DNA of 32,000 nt from Aeropyrum pernix K1 (GTDB taxonomy: Archaea; Thermoproteota; Thermoprotei_A; Sulfolobales; Acidilobaceae), in NCBI RefSeq assembly GCF_000011125.1, contig NC_000854.2:720001-752000 (forward strand). The letters run 5' to 3'. Below the pieces are notes generated by a model. It was not told the DNA's origin. It searched no databases and saw only the letters and a program-made list of their open reading frames with translations. The translations under genes and the position numbers were made by a program. Position 1 is the first letter of the stretch; each line of letters opens with the position of its first letter. Below, piece after piece: positions 8,049 to 18,214 of this stretch.

Positions 8049-9443
8049 TTGGACAAAAGCCTAGAAAAGACAATACGGGGCGCGACGTGGATATACCTCG
8101 CAAGCCTAACAACAACCGCCACAGGTTTCCTCTTCTGGCTAACAATAGCCAGGCTAGCAGGCGCAGAAGCAGTAGGAACAGCATCCCTCATAGCCTCAAG
8201 CGCAGGCATGGCCGCCACAATACTATCCGCAGGCCTACCCCCGGCAGCAGCAAGAGAAACAGCAGCCCGAGGCGGCCAAGGAGCCGCAGCCGCCATAACC
8301 ATAGGACTCATAGCAGCCGCCATAGGGGGGATTGTAGCCTACATCCTTGCTTACAAGGCTGGTCTGACTGGTCTCAACGTTTATGCAGCATTATTCGCGG
8401 CATCCACGATAGCTAGTGCTGCTCTAAATGGAGTTCTACTCGGATTTATGATGTTCAGGCTTCAATTCGCGAGCATAGCCTTAGGCAGCATAGCCAAGCT
8501 CTTTGTAGGGGTTGGCTTAGCAGCAATCGGCTATAAGGCCCTGGCAGCTGTCATCGGGCTCCTAACCATGCCCCTAACGATAGTTATAGTCGGCACAACA
8601 GTTCTACTAGGCCTTGCAACCCGAATAGGCATACCAAGGATTACAGGGGACAACATAGTCTCACTAGTAGTCTTAGCAGCCTCCAATTACCCCTTAGCAT
8701 TCTCAACCCAGCTATTTGTATTCCTAAGTATTTACGTCTACAGGTTACTCGGAGGCTCCCTAGAATCCACAGGCAGCCTATACATATCATTCATGATACT
8801 ACTCGCCCTCGCAAGCCTCCCAACATCACTCCAGGCAGCCTCAATACCAGTGGGCACCAGGCTGGGAAGCAAGCCTCAAGAGGCGGCGCTTAGGCTCGGC
8901 CTGGCAGCAGTCACGCCGCTCGCCGTAGCCCTAATAGTAATGGCACCCCACATCTTATCATACATAAACCCCGAACTGGCCGAAAGCCCAAACACGCTAA
9001 GAATATTGCTACTAGCAACATCACCCCTAGCAACCCTCGCTGCCGCGTCGAGCTTGCTCAATAAAGAGGCGAGACCGAGAAGCCTAGCGCTATTTGGCAC
9101 AGCAACCCTCGCAACAATAATTCTCTTCTTACCTCCATTAACAAAAGCCTACAACAGCGAAGGCGTTGCCACAGCTTTCCTAATAGGAACAACACTTAAC
9201 GCTCTCCTATATGCACACAAACTAAAATTTCCAGTGAAACCTATCATAGCAACAGTCGGCGTCAGTACAGCGGCAATACCCATAGCCCTATACGCACCTT
9301 CTGCCACAGCTCCTTTCATAGCCATAGCAATCTCAATCATAGCCATGCTAGTAGCCCGCGTAGTAGGGTTAAATGAGCTCAATGAACTCGCACAACTTAT
9401 AAAAAACACATCTCTAAGGCAAGAAACAAGGGAAAAACCATAA
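8049..9443 (+). CDS. Wzx/RfbX-like polysaccharide flippase (MOP superfamily)
   Basis: 464 aa with about 12-14 hydrophobic helices; 'RGATWIYLASLTTTATGFLFWLTIARLAGAEAVGTASLIAS' resembles polysaccharide exporter N-termini; TTG start. Confidence 0.8.
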   Translation: MDKSLEKTIRGATWIYLASLTTTATGFLFWLTIARLAGAEAVGTASLIASSAGMAATILSAGLPPAAARETAARGGQGAAAAITIGLIAAAIGGIVAYILAYKAGLTGLNVYAALFAASTIASAALNGVLLGFMMFRLQFASIALGSIAKLFVGVGLAAIGYKALAAVIGLLTMPLTIVIVGTTVLLGLATRIGIPRITGDNIVSLVVLAASNYPLAFSTQLFVFLSIYVYRLLGGSLESTGSLYISFMILLALASLPTSLQAASIPVGTRLGSKPQEAALRLGLAAVTPLAVALIVMAPHILSYINPELAESPNTLRILLLATSPLATLAAASSLLNKEARPRSLALFGTATLATIILFLPPLTKAYNSEGVATAFLIGTTLNALLYAHKLKFPVKPIIATVGVSTAAIPIALYAPSATAPFIAIAISIIAMLVARVVGLNELNELAQLIKNTSLRQETREKP

Positions 9444-10148
9444 TGTAAACTAAAGAACTTAATATTTAAGATTACTAAAAGTTAAATTAATAGACACCTA
9501 GATATTTAGATATACTTCGAGAATCACATACTCTCAACTTCTAGCTACTCCTAATCTCGCGGTCAGGAAAAGCATTAACGGCTTATAAAGCACACCATAG
9601 ACACCATAGACAAGAGTTTTCACGAATCGGATAATACGTCAAGGGAAAGACCACTACTATTAAACCATAGAGGAGAAGATCTATCATCCTTATGATAGGA
9701 TTCTTAATAAGAATACCTGTTAGACACTTTCTGATTTTCTACAGTACCACAGCTATGTATTAGCCAGCCCAATTGTTACCTTAAAAAGATTTTCAACTAT
9801 TTTACACTAACTCACGATTTTCTTCCTATGCCCAAGAACATATTCTGCAGTAGAAACGTACTATTTTATTTACACTATTCCTTTAAAGATTACATTACTA
9901 AATTAAAAATTAAATTGTATTAACTTTTTAGATAGTACGTTAATTATGATGTTGTTACAAAATTACTATAATACAAGGAATATTCGGTATGAAAGCCTTT
10001 TTATACTTTGCCTGGACTTTCGTCTAGCTACGATTATATATATTAGGTCAAATTTTATGATTTCAGAAAGAGTATCATCAGCAACAGACATATGCGTTAT
10101 CTTGTAATAATATTTCCATTATACAATAGGAATTTCGCTAATAATTCG

Positions 10149-10712
10149 CTAAATTGGATAGCTAAAGTTTGTCTCCGCTTCTTTTAGTGGAGGGCAGTTT
10201 CTATCTTTCCCACTAACTATTACCTTGTCATCATCTATTATAGGCCATTTTATTTCTAGATTCGGATCGTTCCATTTTATACAACGCTCACTGTCTTTGA
10301 AATACTCCTTTGTAACAAGGTATAAGAAAAGCGCATCCTCAAGTGCTTGGAATCCATGTGCAAACCCCGGTGGAATCCATAACGCCATACCAGGCTTGAG
10401 CTCAGCCGAGACATGTTTTCCGTACCAGGGACTTCCTTTTCTAATATCTACTGCAACGTCTAGAACTCTCCCATATAGTACATAGACAAGCTTCCCCTGC
10501 TCATGAGGCTTAAGCTGGTAGTGCAAGCCTCTTACAACACCCTTATATGAGTATGAGAGGTTTACCTGGATGAAGTCATATGGTATGCCTTCTGCGAGGA
10601 ACGGCGTACGTTTATAGAGCTCTGCGAAGAAACCCCTCGGGTCGGAGAACCTCTCATATTTTATGAGAACTATGTCTGGTATCTCTAGACGTTTAAAGAC
10701 TTTGAACGGCAT
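10149..10712 (-). CDS. rfbC: dTDP-4-dehydrorhamnose 3,5-epimerase
   Basis: Motifs 'RGFFAELY', 'FIQVNLSYSYKGVVRGLHYQL', 'GKLVYVLYGRVLDVAVDIRKGSPWYGK', 'WIPPGFAHGFQAL'. Confidence 0.95.
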   Translation of the reverse strand: MPFKVFKRLEIPDIVLIKYERFSDPRGFFAELYKRTPFLAEGIPYDFIQVNLSYSYKGVVRGLHYQLKPHEQGKLVYVLYGRVLDVAVDIRKGSPWYGKHVSAELKPGMALWIPPGFAHGFQALEDALFLYLVTKEYFKDSERCIKWNDPNLEIKWPIIDDDKVIVSGKDRNCPPLKEAETNFSYPI

Positions 10713-10715
10713 GGA

Positions 10716-11633
10716 TTAGACCCCTATAGCGTTTCTATAGATATTGACAAAATGTTTTACACTCTCCTCTTGGCTAGGTAATTCGAGTCCTAGCTTCTTA
10801 GCCATAGTGGTGTCTAGGCTTGAGTCCCGAGGTCTCCTCGCGGGCAAGTTAGCCTCCTTCATTGATATTGGCTTGATAAGTTCCGCGTCAGCACCGAGAA
10901 CCTTGGCTATTAGTTGGGCGAACTCAAGTCTCGACAGGCGCTCGCCAGCTAGGTGGAGTACTCCACGAATCTCTCTTTCGAGGACATCTATCAGCCTTCT
11001 TGATAAGAAATATGTGTATGTTGGCGATAGATATTGGTCATAGAACGCCCTTACCTCTTCCCCCCTAAGTAACTTCTCTAACACATTAATGCCGAAATTT
11101 CGTTTCCCCGTAGGGCTATATCCATAAAGGCCACTAACCCTAACGACAAGCACATTTTCCTTATCCATCGCTGACAAAGTTGCTACTTCTCCTAGTAGCT
11201 TAGATAAGCCGTAATAGTTGATGGGGTTTGGAGCCTCCTCTTCCCTGTACATACCTTTATCTCCATCGAACACATAATCTGTTGACACGTATATTAGAAG
11301 GCTACCATGCCTGGCTGCTAGTCTAGCTACTGTCATTGAAGCTAAAAAGTTTATCCGGTAGGCTCTTTCCCTATGCAACTCGCAACCATCAACATCAGTA
11401 TACGCGGCGGTGTGGATAACTGCATCTGGCTTAATATCCCTAAATAGTTGGGTTAGTTGGCTAGGATCCTCTAGGTTGACCTTAGACCATCTTGCTCCAG
11501 CAAGCTTAAAGGGGGTGTTTTTGTTATAAGTGGGGTACACGCTGTAACCCTTCTTTAGTAGTTGCTGGACAAGGTTGTAGCCGAGAAGCCCAGTTCCACC
11601 AGTCACTAGTAACTTCAAGGCATTATTCACCAT
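10716..11633 (-). CDS. rfbD: dTDP-4-dehydrorhamnose reductase
   Basis: Rossmann 'VTGGTGLLGYNLV', 'PDAVIHTAAYTDVDGCE', 'STDYVFDGDKGMYREEEAPNPINYYGLSKLLGE'. Confidence 0.95.
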   Translation of the reverse strand: MVNNALKLLVTGGTGLLGYNLVQQLLKKGYSVYPTYNKNTPFKLAGARWSKVNLEDPSQLTQLFRDIKPDAVIHTAAYTDVDGCELHRERAYRINFLASMTVARLAARHGSLLIYVSTDYVFDGDKGMYREEEAPNPINYYGLSKLLGEVATLSAMDKENVLVVRVSGLYGYSPTGKRNFGINVLEKLLRGEEVRAFYDQYLSPTYTYFLSRRLIDVLEREIRGVLHLAGERLSRLEFAQLIAKVLGADAELIKPISMKEANLPARRPRDSSLDTTMAKKLGLELPSQEESVKHFVNIYRNAIGV

Positions 11634-12619
11634 GGATGGTCAGCTAACACATAACGCTTGTCAAGCAGCGGACGCCACCACCACCTATTCTCAATATACC
11701 ACTTGACGGTTATCTTTAATCCTTCCTTGAGCGTAACATGGGGGGCCCAGCCAAGGTTTCTAATTTTGTCGCATTTCATAGCATATCTGCGGTCCTCTCC
11801 AGGCCTTGACTTACCATAAACCAGGTAATCTCTTGGCTTACCCATGGACTCCAATATATTCACAACAATATCCTTGACTGTGGAAGCCATTCCCCCACAA
11901 ACATTATATATCTCTCCATCTACACCCTTCTCGAGGACCACGTGGATGGCCCTAGCAGTGTCCTCGACGTAAAGCCAATCCCTTATCTGAGACCCATCAC
12001 CGTATATGACAGGGGGTTTGCCGTGTAATATCCTAATAATTGTTCGGGGAATAAGCTTCTCAACATGCTGATAAGGCCCATAGTTATTGCAGGGCCTCAC
12101 GATCCTGTATTTCAACCCATAAGTTCTACCATAAGCCTTTATAAGAAGATCGCCAGAGGCCTTCGAAGCAGAGTAAGGGCTAGAGGGATTCAAAGGGTCA
12201 GACTCAGTAGCCTCTTTGCCAGTGTTCCATAGGTCTCCGTAAACTTCATCTGTCGACACGTGTAGCAGTACTATCTGGTCGATTCTTTTTCTTATGGCCT
12301 CGAGGATAGTGAACACGCCAATAATATTAGTTCTCATAAAGGGTGCTGGCTCGTTGATAGAGCGATCAACATGTGTCTCTGCTGCAAAATTAACCACAAC
12401 GTCGGGTTCAAACTCTGTTAAAACTCTGCCAAATTGCTCCTCGTCAGCGATGTCTCCTCGCATGAACCCGATTCTATCTATAACATCATGTAAGTTCTCT
12501 AGTCTACCAGCATAGGTAAGTTTGTCGTAGACTAACACCTCCCAGTCTGTGGTGTTTACAATGTATCTCACAAAGCTGCTGCCGATGAACCCTGCCCCGC
12601 CAGTGACCAGCACTCTCAT
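11627..12619 (-). CDS. rfbB: dTDP-glucose 4,6-dehydratase
   Basis: 'VTGGAGFIGSSFVRY', 'AAETHVDRSI', 'VSTDEVYGDL', 'YSASKASGDLL', 'RPCNNYGPYQ', 'RPGEDRRYAMKCDKI'. Confidence 0.97.
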   Translation of the reverse strand: MRVLVTGGAGFIGSSFVRYIVNTTDWEVLVYDKLTYAGRLENLHDVIDRIGFMRGDIADEEQFGRVLTEFEPDVVVNFAAETHVDRSINEPAPFMRTNIIGVFTILEAIRKRIDQIVLLHVSTDEVYGDLWNTGKEATESDPLNPSSPYSASKASGDLLIKAYGRTYGLKYRIVRPCNNYGPYQHVEKLIPRTIIRILHGKPPVIYGDGSQIRDWLYVEDTARAIHVVLEKGVDGEIYNVCGGMASTVKDIVVNILESMGKPRDYLVYGKSRPGEDRRYAMKCDKIRNLGWAPHVTLKEGLKITVKWYIENRWWWRPLLDKRYVLADHPW

Positions 12620-12631
12620 GCCTGGAACGCC

Positions 12632-13699
12632 TCACAGGAATACCTTGCTATAATCCGATATTACGAGCTTTATATCCCCATAGATTTCCCTGTTACTCTT
12701 TATGATACTCTTCGGGCCAACAACACTATCAACTAATCTAGCCTTGTTAAGGTATAGCTCGCTTTCATCAAGAATCATTGACCTCGCGACAGTTCCAGAG
12801 ATTATCCTTGAACCTTGCTCCATAGACACATAGTGCTCTACGAGACCACTCCTACCTATGTACACGTCCTTGCCTATGTATGCCGGGCCGTGTACGGTCC
12901 CCTCAACTATGGCCCCTTCCTCAACAACTACGCGACCTCTCACTTCGCCTTCGATCTTGCCTTCGACACGCGGCTTTACGTTATCCAGTAATAGATATAT
13001 TGCATCTAAGAGGCCTTCGTAAGTGCCTACATCCTTCCACCAGCCAGTAACTAGCGAGAATGTAACCTTGTACCCTTTATCGACGAACCACTGTATGAGA
13101 TCTGTAATTTCGTATTCTCCACGCCAAGAGGGCTTAAGCGTACTGAATGCCTTAGCCACTAGCTCCGGGTCCCTAAACATGTAGACACCAACGACAGCCA
13201 AGTCCGATATATGTTCCTGGGGCTTCTCCACAAGCTTTAAAATCTTACCGTCTCTGAGCACTGCAATGCCGAAACGCCCCGGATCCCTAACCTTCGTCAG
13301 GAGGATATGGACTTCGCTGCCAGCTTCACCCCAGGATTTAACATGTCTCGAGATACCCCCACTCAAGATGTTATCTCCTAGGTAAACGATAAATTCCTTG
13401 TCGATAAAACCCTGCTTTATAGCCCTATAGATAGCGTGGGCTATACCGAGCCTCTTCTTCTGAACAATATACGTAAACTTAGCACCGAACCTAGAATCTT
13501 CACCTAAAAACTCTTTAATCTTGTCGCCAAAGTAGCCAACAACAACACCGATATCTCTAACATTAATTGATACCAGGTCATCGATAGCGTACTGGATTAT
13601 GGGCTTGCCGAGAAGAGGGATGAGATGCTTTGGTCTGGAGAAAGTGAAGGGCCGTAGCCTAGAACCCTCACCAGCCGCTAGGATAAGACCTTTAACCAT
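12632..13699 (-). CDS. rfbA: Glucose-1-phosphate thymidylyltransferase (two-domain archaeal type with left-handed beta-helix)
   Basis: 'LILAAGEGSRLRPFTFSRPKHLIPLLGKPIIQY', 'YLGDNIL', 'DVGTYEGLLDA', C-terminal hexapeptide-like repeats. Confidence 0.92.
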   Translation of the reverse strand: MVKGLILAAGEGSRLRPFTFSRPKHLIPLLGKPIIQYAIDDLVSINVRDIGVVVGYFGDKIKEFLGEDSRFGAKFTYIVQKKRLGIAHAIYRAIKQGFIDKEFIVYLGDNILSGGISRHVKSWGEAGSEVHILLTKVRDPGRFGIAVLRDGKILKLVEKPQEHISDLAVVGVYMFRDPELVAKAFSTLKPSWRGEYEITDLIQWFVDKGYKVTFSLVTGWWKDVGTYEGLLDAIYLLLDNVKPRVEGKIEGEVRGRVVVEEGAIVEGTVHGPAYIGKDVYIGRSGLVEHYVSMEQGSRIISGTVARSMILDESELYLNKARLVDSVVGPKSIIKSNREIYGDIKLVISDYSKVFL

Positions 13700-13716
13700 G
13701 CATCATGCCACCAAAA

Positions 13717-13727
13717 AGATATATAGG
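13717..13727 (-). promoter_or_regulatory. TATA box of rfbABDC operon (probably leaderless transcript)
   Basis: Minus strand CCCTATATATCTTTTT, about 22 nt upstream of the rfbA ATG at 13699. Confidence 0.55.
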
Positions 13728-14384
13728 GATCAACAATAAATAGCGTCCATGCTAGCAGTAGCACAAACGTTATTAGGTTTATTCCTAGAAGATCTAATTA
13801 AGGCTAGTAACACTGTAACCCTTAGTAACCTGGCAAATATATAGAACATGCACCTTTTCCAATATTAAGCAAACACCTTAAGTTCTAGCTCCGATCCAAT
13901 GACCTAAATGCCGAATGCAGGTAGAAGCTTATGATCTCACGAAACTCAACATTATGATACATACTTGAGATACTCTACGTAAGCGTATACGCGAAGGGTT
14001 CTTTTTATGCTATCTATACGTTCTTTATGGCTCCTTACTTTAGAAGGAATGCTGTATCCCCGACGACTTCATTAGGTTTATCATTTTAGGAGTGTATGCT
14101 AGGTGCTCCTAAGAAATATTCTTAATATGGCCACTTAGCGTTGAGCTTTATTTAGCGTAGGAATGAAGGAGAAGATAGAAGCAGTAGGGAAGAGGAAACA
14201 GAAGAGTTCACAGCTAATTCTTCCCTTTAGTACGCTTCCTATTAAGACCTCAAGAATAGCTATAATGGAAATTAAAGGCAAACCTCTCACGTCCAATGTA
14301 TCTGCTGTGCTCTACGAGCTACCATAAATCTTATCTTGACTCTTAGATTTAAAATCTACATTATAATATTATATTATCATTATG

Positions 14385-15953
14385 TTAATGAAGACTGCTT
14401 CTCTTTCTTCGAAGTTCTTGAAAGATCTTAATTCTTGTATTATAATATGATCTTGAGATATATCTTGGTTCTCGTGCATTACTCAGCAGTTTACTAAGAG
14501 GTCTGCCATCCACATCACCTGGAATGGGGGCTTTATGCAAGTAAAGGATTGTAGGTGCCACATCGTATATTGAGACACTTAAGCCAGCATGTCTCTTCAC
14601 ACTTGGCCCGCACAGCAGGAATATACCATTAGGTCTATGGGCGCCTGTATGCCTTGGACTCCACGGTCTTAGCTCAAGTAGTGGAGAGTGTAGATCCTCC
14701 GTTATGCTAAAGCTCCAGTCATCAATGCCAATTATTAAATCTGGCAGGAGCTTTAATTTATCACCGCTATATAAATCTTCTCTTCTGTAAACATTAACAC
14801 CAACATCTATTTTGAACTCCTCTGGAATTTTCTTTAGCTCTCCAGTCAACTCGTCTATGAGCTTCTCCCGCTCTTTGCTCTTTAATACGTAGATGCCACC
14901 AAATGTTATAGAATGGCCCAGAGCTATGGCTTTGCTCTCAGTAAAATTTATGAGACCCGTTAAGCCTAAACTTTGCACATACTCTCTAACCCTTCCTCGC
15001 AGAACTCTCTTAGCCAGATCGTCCGCTCTCAACTTCTTAGCAATTCTTATACCATAACTAAGAATACTTGCCTTCCAAGAACCACCCCTTCTAAGCTTCA
15101 TGTATCCTTTCGTGACAAGCCATCTAGCCAAATTAAAAACTCCAAGGTTAGACCCAAACCCGTGATCTGAGACTATCATTAGATATGCTTTTTCAGAGTG
15201 AGCATATTCTGCAAAGAAACCTACTGTCTCATCTACGAGACTCCATAAGTCGTCTATCTTCTTGGAATACCTCTTAGACTGTTCTTCGTGATATAAGGGG
15301 TGCTTAGGATCCATAAGGTGCCAGAGTCTATGTTGGATCCAGTCAGTAGCTGAGACTATAAACGTTATGTTGTCGTAGAGTCCATACTTGCCGAGGACAT
15401 AACTCTTAACCATTCTCTTAGTAATCTCCAGGTGCCTCATCACATCACTTATGAAGAGGTCTACATCATTATATTTCTCATCATGATAGTCCACGTACAC
15501 TCTAAAGTCAGGGAATGAAGATAAAATCTCATCAGTTACTTCTTGAGGATAGGACTTCGGCTTAAGGCTGGGAGTCCCTATACCCGAGACGAGAACGCCC
15601 TTGATAGGATATGGAGGATACGTGAGAGGATAAAAGAAAACAGCTATTCTCTTATTCTCCACGCTAAGTAAGTCCCAAAAGGCATAACCTCGATACCAGC
15701 TTGAATCCGCAGGATAAAGCCTATATTCCTGTCCCTTCCTACCTAGGAAATCAACTATCCCAGTCTTGCCAGGATTAAGACCAGTGGCTAGGGAAGGCCA
15801 CGCAGCACCAGTTATTGGCGGAATAGTAGATCTTAGGATACCCCAGCTACACTGCTTCATGAGTTTAGCAAGATTGTGCATAACACCTTTTTCAGCTAAG
15901 GGCCTCAAGATACTCCAGGTACAACCATCAAGACCTAGAAGTACAGTTTTCAT
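14385..15953 (-). CDS. Type I phosphodiesterase/nucleotide pyrophosphatase (alkaline phosphatase superfamily)
   Basis: 'VLLGLDGCTWSILRPLAEKGVMHNLAKL', 'PPITGAAWPSLATGLNPGKTGI', 'ATDWIQHRLW', 'VSDHGFGSN', 'TGAHRPNGIF'. Confidence 0.88.
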   Translation of the reverse strand: MKTVLLGLDGCTWSILRPLAEKGVMHNLAKLMKQCSWGILRSTIPPITGAAWPSLATGLNPGKTGIVDFLGRKGQEYRLYPADSSWYRGYAFWDLLSVENKRIAVFFYPLTYPPYPIKGVLVSGIGTPSLKPKSYPQEVTDEILSSFPDFRVYVDYHDEKYNDVDLFISDVMRHLEITKRMVKSYVLGKYGLYDNITFIVSATDWIQHRLWHLMDPKHPLYHEEQSKRYSKKIDDLWSLVDETVGFFAEYAHSEKAYLMIVSDHGFGSNLGVFNLARWLVTKGYMKLRRGGSWKASILSYGIRIAKKLRADDLAKRVLRGRVREYVQSLGLTGLINFTESKAIALGHSITFGGIYVLKSKEREKLIDELTGELKKIPEEFKIDVGVNVYRREDLYSGDKLKLLPDLIIGIDDWSFSITEDLHSPLLELRPWSPRHTGAHRPNGIFLLCGPSVKRHAGLSVSIYDVAPTILYLHKAPIPGDVDGRPLSKLLSNAREPRYISRSYYNTRIKIFQELRRKRSSLH

Positions 15954-15997
15954 AAATTTGACACCTCTAGCCTCCTTCTAAGCTATCTCTTAATATC

Positions 15998-16010
15998 TAT
16001 ATATTTTAAT
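15998..16010 (-). promoter_or_regulatory. TATA-like element upstream of the phosphodiesterase gene
   Basis: Minus strand 'AAAATATATAGATATTAAGAG' upstream of a GGAGG Shine-Dalgarno sequence near 15972-15976. Confidence 0.35.
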
Positions 16011-16703
16011 TCGAGTTACTCGCTTAAATCTCCCTATCTCTATTATTCACAAGTTTAGCTTTTAGATTTATATAATAATTATCTAAGTGATTTTACAGAA
16101 AATGCCTAGAGTACCGCTTTCCTTTATCTAGAGCAAATTTAAATAATTTGACTCTTAATAATTAAAATAAAATATGTAGAAAGATTCTAGATCACCTAGT
16201 TATAAACTTCCATCATTTATTAGGTGAACAAGAAATAATTTGTTCACGAAATTCTAGTAACAATCATTTTTCATTGCCTAGTGCTAGTCATTGTATTAAA
16301 TGTGCCTAAAGTAGGAGTCTTATCTCTAGAACGGTGTTGATTTACATAGTAAACATTGAGTTTTTTTGTCAAGGCTTAATTATCCTTTTTAAGCTTTAGA
16401 ATTCCTTAGTTTTCCTTCTTATCAAAATTATTGCTGATATAGCTATTATCAATAATGATAAGCTTATTTACGACGCAGAGACTACCCAGATTAGCTTGGT
16501 CTAAAAACCTCGGTATTTCATTAATAATTCTCATGGAATTATAGTTATGCCTGATTATGCCATTTTCATAATGCATTGTTACAAAACTCATTCAAAATAG
16601 AGGACATAAATGTACAATGTTTCCTTATAAGACTTAAGCAAGAAGCCAAGGACCATTAAATTTCTATTCTCATGCTTCGGAATAAGCTTACTTTCTTGGA
16701 AAT

Positions 16704-17633
16704 TTATATAAGATGATGAATTGATCGGAAAGGTAGCAGAAATAATCTTTGAATTCTATATCTAAATTTTAATATTTTATAAAAAGTTCTTGAGGTCTTA
16801 GATCCCTTAATTAAAGAAACAATATAAAAATGAAGATCCTTCTTGGCAAGCCTCAATGAGTTACACTCAATAAAACTGGTACTAACATGACATTTCTCCG
16901 CTAATTGAAGTAATTCAGGAATTACAAGAGGTTCATACCCATATAAAAACAACCTCATGTAATTAATTGGTCTCTTAGCCATTTTATTCAACTTAGACAA
17001 GAACTCATTTCTCTGTTCAGCTATGTCTTGAAAACACCTTTGTGGTCTTGCATTTAATGGTGGAAGTTCTGATACCTTTTTACAGAAAACCATACTGTAT
17101 ATTGGTATCTTAGGGCACTTAATCTCGCTACTTTTCTTAATTGCTGCAACAAAGACGCCAGGAGCCATAGGATCTTCTTGCAATTCAATTACCCTCATAT
17201 CGCTAAATATTTTCTTAAAGTCTTCTATATCGAATCTCCAATAATCATGAGGATAAGCGTGTAAGGGGAAACCAGGACCTCGTGTTGTTAGAACTAAAAT
17301 ACCACCTACTTTAAGCACCCTTTTAATTTCGCATATAGCGGATCTCCAATTATGAACGTGTTCTAGAACCTCAGTCGATATAACTATATCGAATGATTCA
17401 CTTCGAAAAGGTAGCTTCTCAACATTTGAGATTAAGTCCACATACCCCTTTTGTTCATGGAGATCGAGACCTATGTAATTAACATTAGCAATGTTGTATG
17501 TAACCCAGTCGCGAACTGATCCGTTAACGTTAAATGAACCGCCTTCTAGCAAATTAACAGGTCTGTTTGTCTTTAAGAACTTATTAAGTCTCTTAAGAAC
17601 CCCTATAGCAAAGAAATATGCCGAGAGATGCAT
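16704..17633 (-). CDS. SAM-dependent methyltransferase (Methyltransf_11-like)
   Basis: 'YIGLDLHEQKGYVDLISNVEKLPFRSESFDIVISTEVLEHVHNWRSAICEIKRVLKVGGILVLTTRG'. Confidence 0.88.
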   Translation of the reverse strand: MHLSAYFFAIGVLKRLNKFLKTNRPVNLLEGGSFNVNGSVRDWVTYNIANVNYIGLDLHEQKGYVDLISNVEKLPFRSESFDIVISTEVLEHVHNWRSAICEIKRVLKVGGILVLTTRGPGFPLHAYPHDYWRFDIEDFKKIFSDMRVIELQEDPMAPGVFVAAIKKSSEIKCPKIPIYSMVFCKKVSELPPLNARPQRCFQDIAEQRNEFLSKLNKMAKRPINYMRLFLYGYEPLVIPELLQLAEKCHVSTSFIECNSLRLAKKDLHFYIVSLIKGSKTSRTFYKILKFRYRIQRLFLLPFRSIHHLI

Positions 17634-18214
17634 TTCCTACAGCCTCGAAACGTTTTGCTAGAGGTAAGCCCAATAGTACGAGAACATGTTACATATATTT
17701 AAATTTAAATTATATCTTGCATAGCAGTTCTAAGGTTCTCAGGTCTCTTCGCCCTAGAAGATAACAGTAATCAGCTACAGGAAATGTCCTAACCAGGATT
17801 ATCTTCACTAAATGAAGTTAAAACTAGGCTTAGCAGAGTTCCAATAAATACCAGTCTAGAGCCCTTAGCAATTCTCCATAATGTTATGGCGATCTCTCAT
17901 TGTTAGTACTCAAGATACTAGTCTTTGGTTCAATTTCTTTAAACCATTTACGTATGAACATACTATTTTACTGCAAGTTTACTCACAATATAGTTATTTT
18001 GTTCATAAATCTTATAGCCTCTAACCTCCACCTTCCACCTATGATATGGTCTTTTATTTCTAAGATATGATATTTCCATCTTTCTCGCCTATAGAGTCTA
18101 TGTCCTTAGCTTTAACGTATTCTAGGAAATCATCGTAATTCCTCTATTGTAAACTCCCTCGTTATCTTGGGATTTTATCTTAGATATACCTCGCTAGTTA
18201 TTAAAGTTTTATTG

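Noticed and set aside
7871-8416. Minus-strand 150-aa and 73-aa ORFs and plus-strand 109-aa ORF around the flippase promoter
   Set aside because: They overlap the flippase coding sequence and promoter, and their predicted products look like shadow translations.
10071-10110. Possible C/D box sRNA on the minus strand (CTGATGATACTCTTTCTGA)
   Set aside because: Imperfect C box, only about 8 nt to the putative D box, and no matching C'/D' pair or promoter geometry.
16406-16591. 61-aa ORF in the 15.95-16.70 kb gap ('...VVNKLIIIDNSYISNN...')
   Set aside because: The 'IIIDNS' stretch is faintly like a GT2 motif, but no flanking motifs could be found in any frame. Evidence is insufficient to call it a gene or a relic.
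9444-18214. CRISPR array, tRNA or rRNA genes in the long intergenic gaps
   Set aside because: Reading both strands showed no regularly spaced direct repeats, cloverleaf-like T-loop/acceptor patterns or rRNA-conserved sequence.
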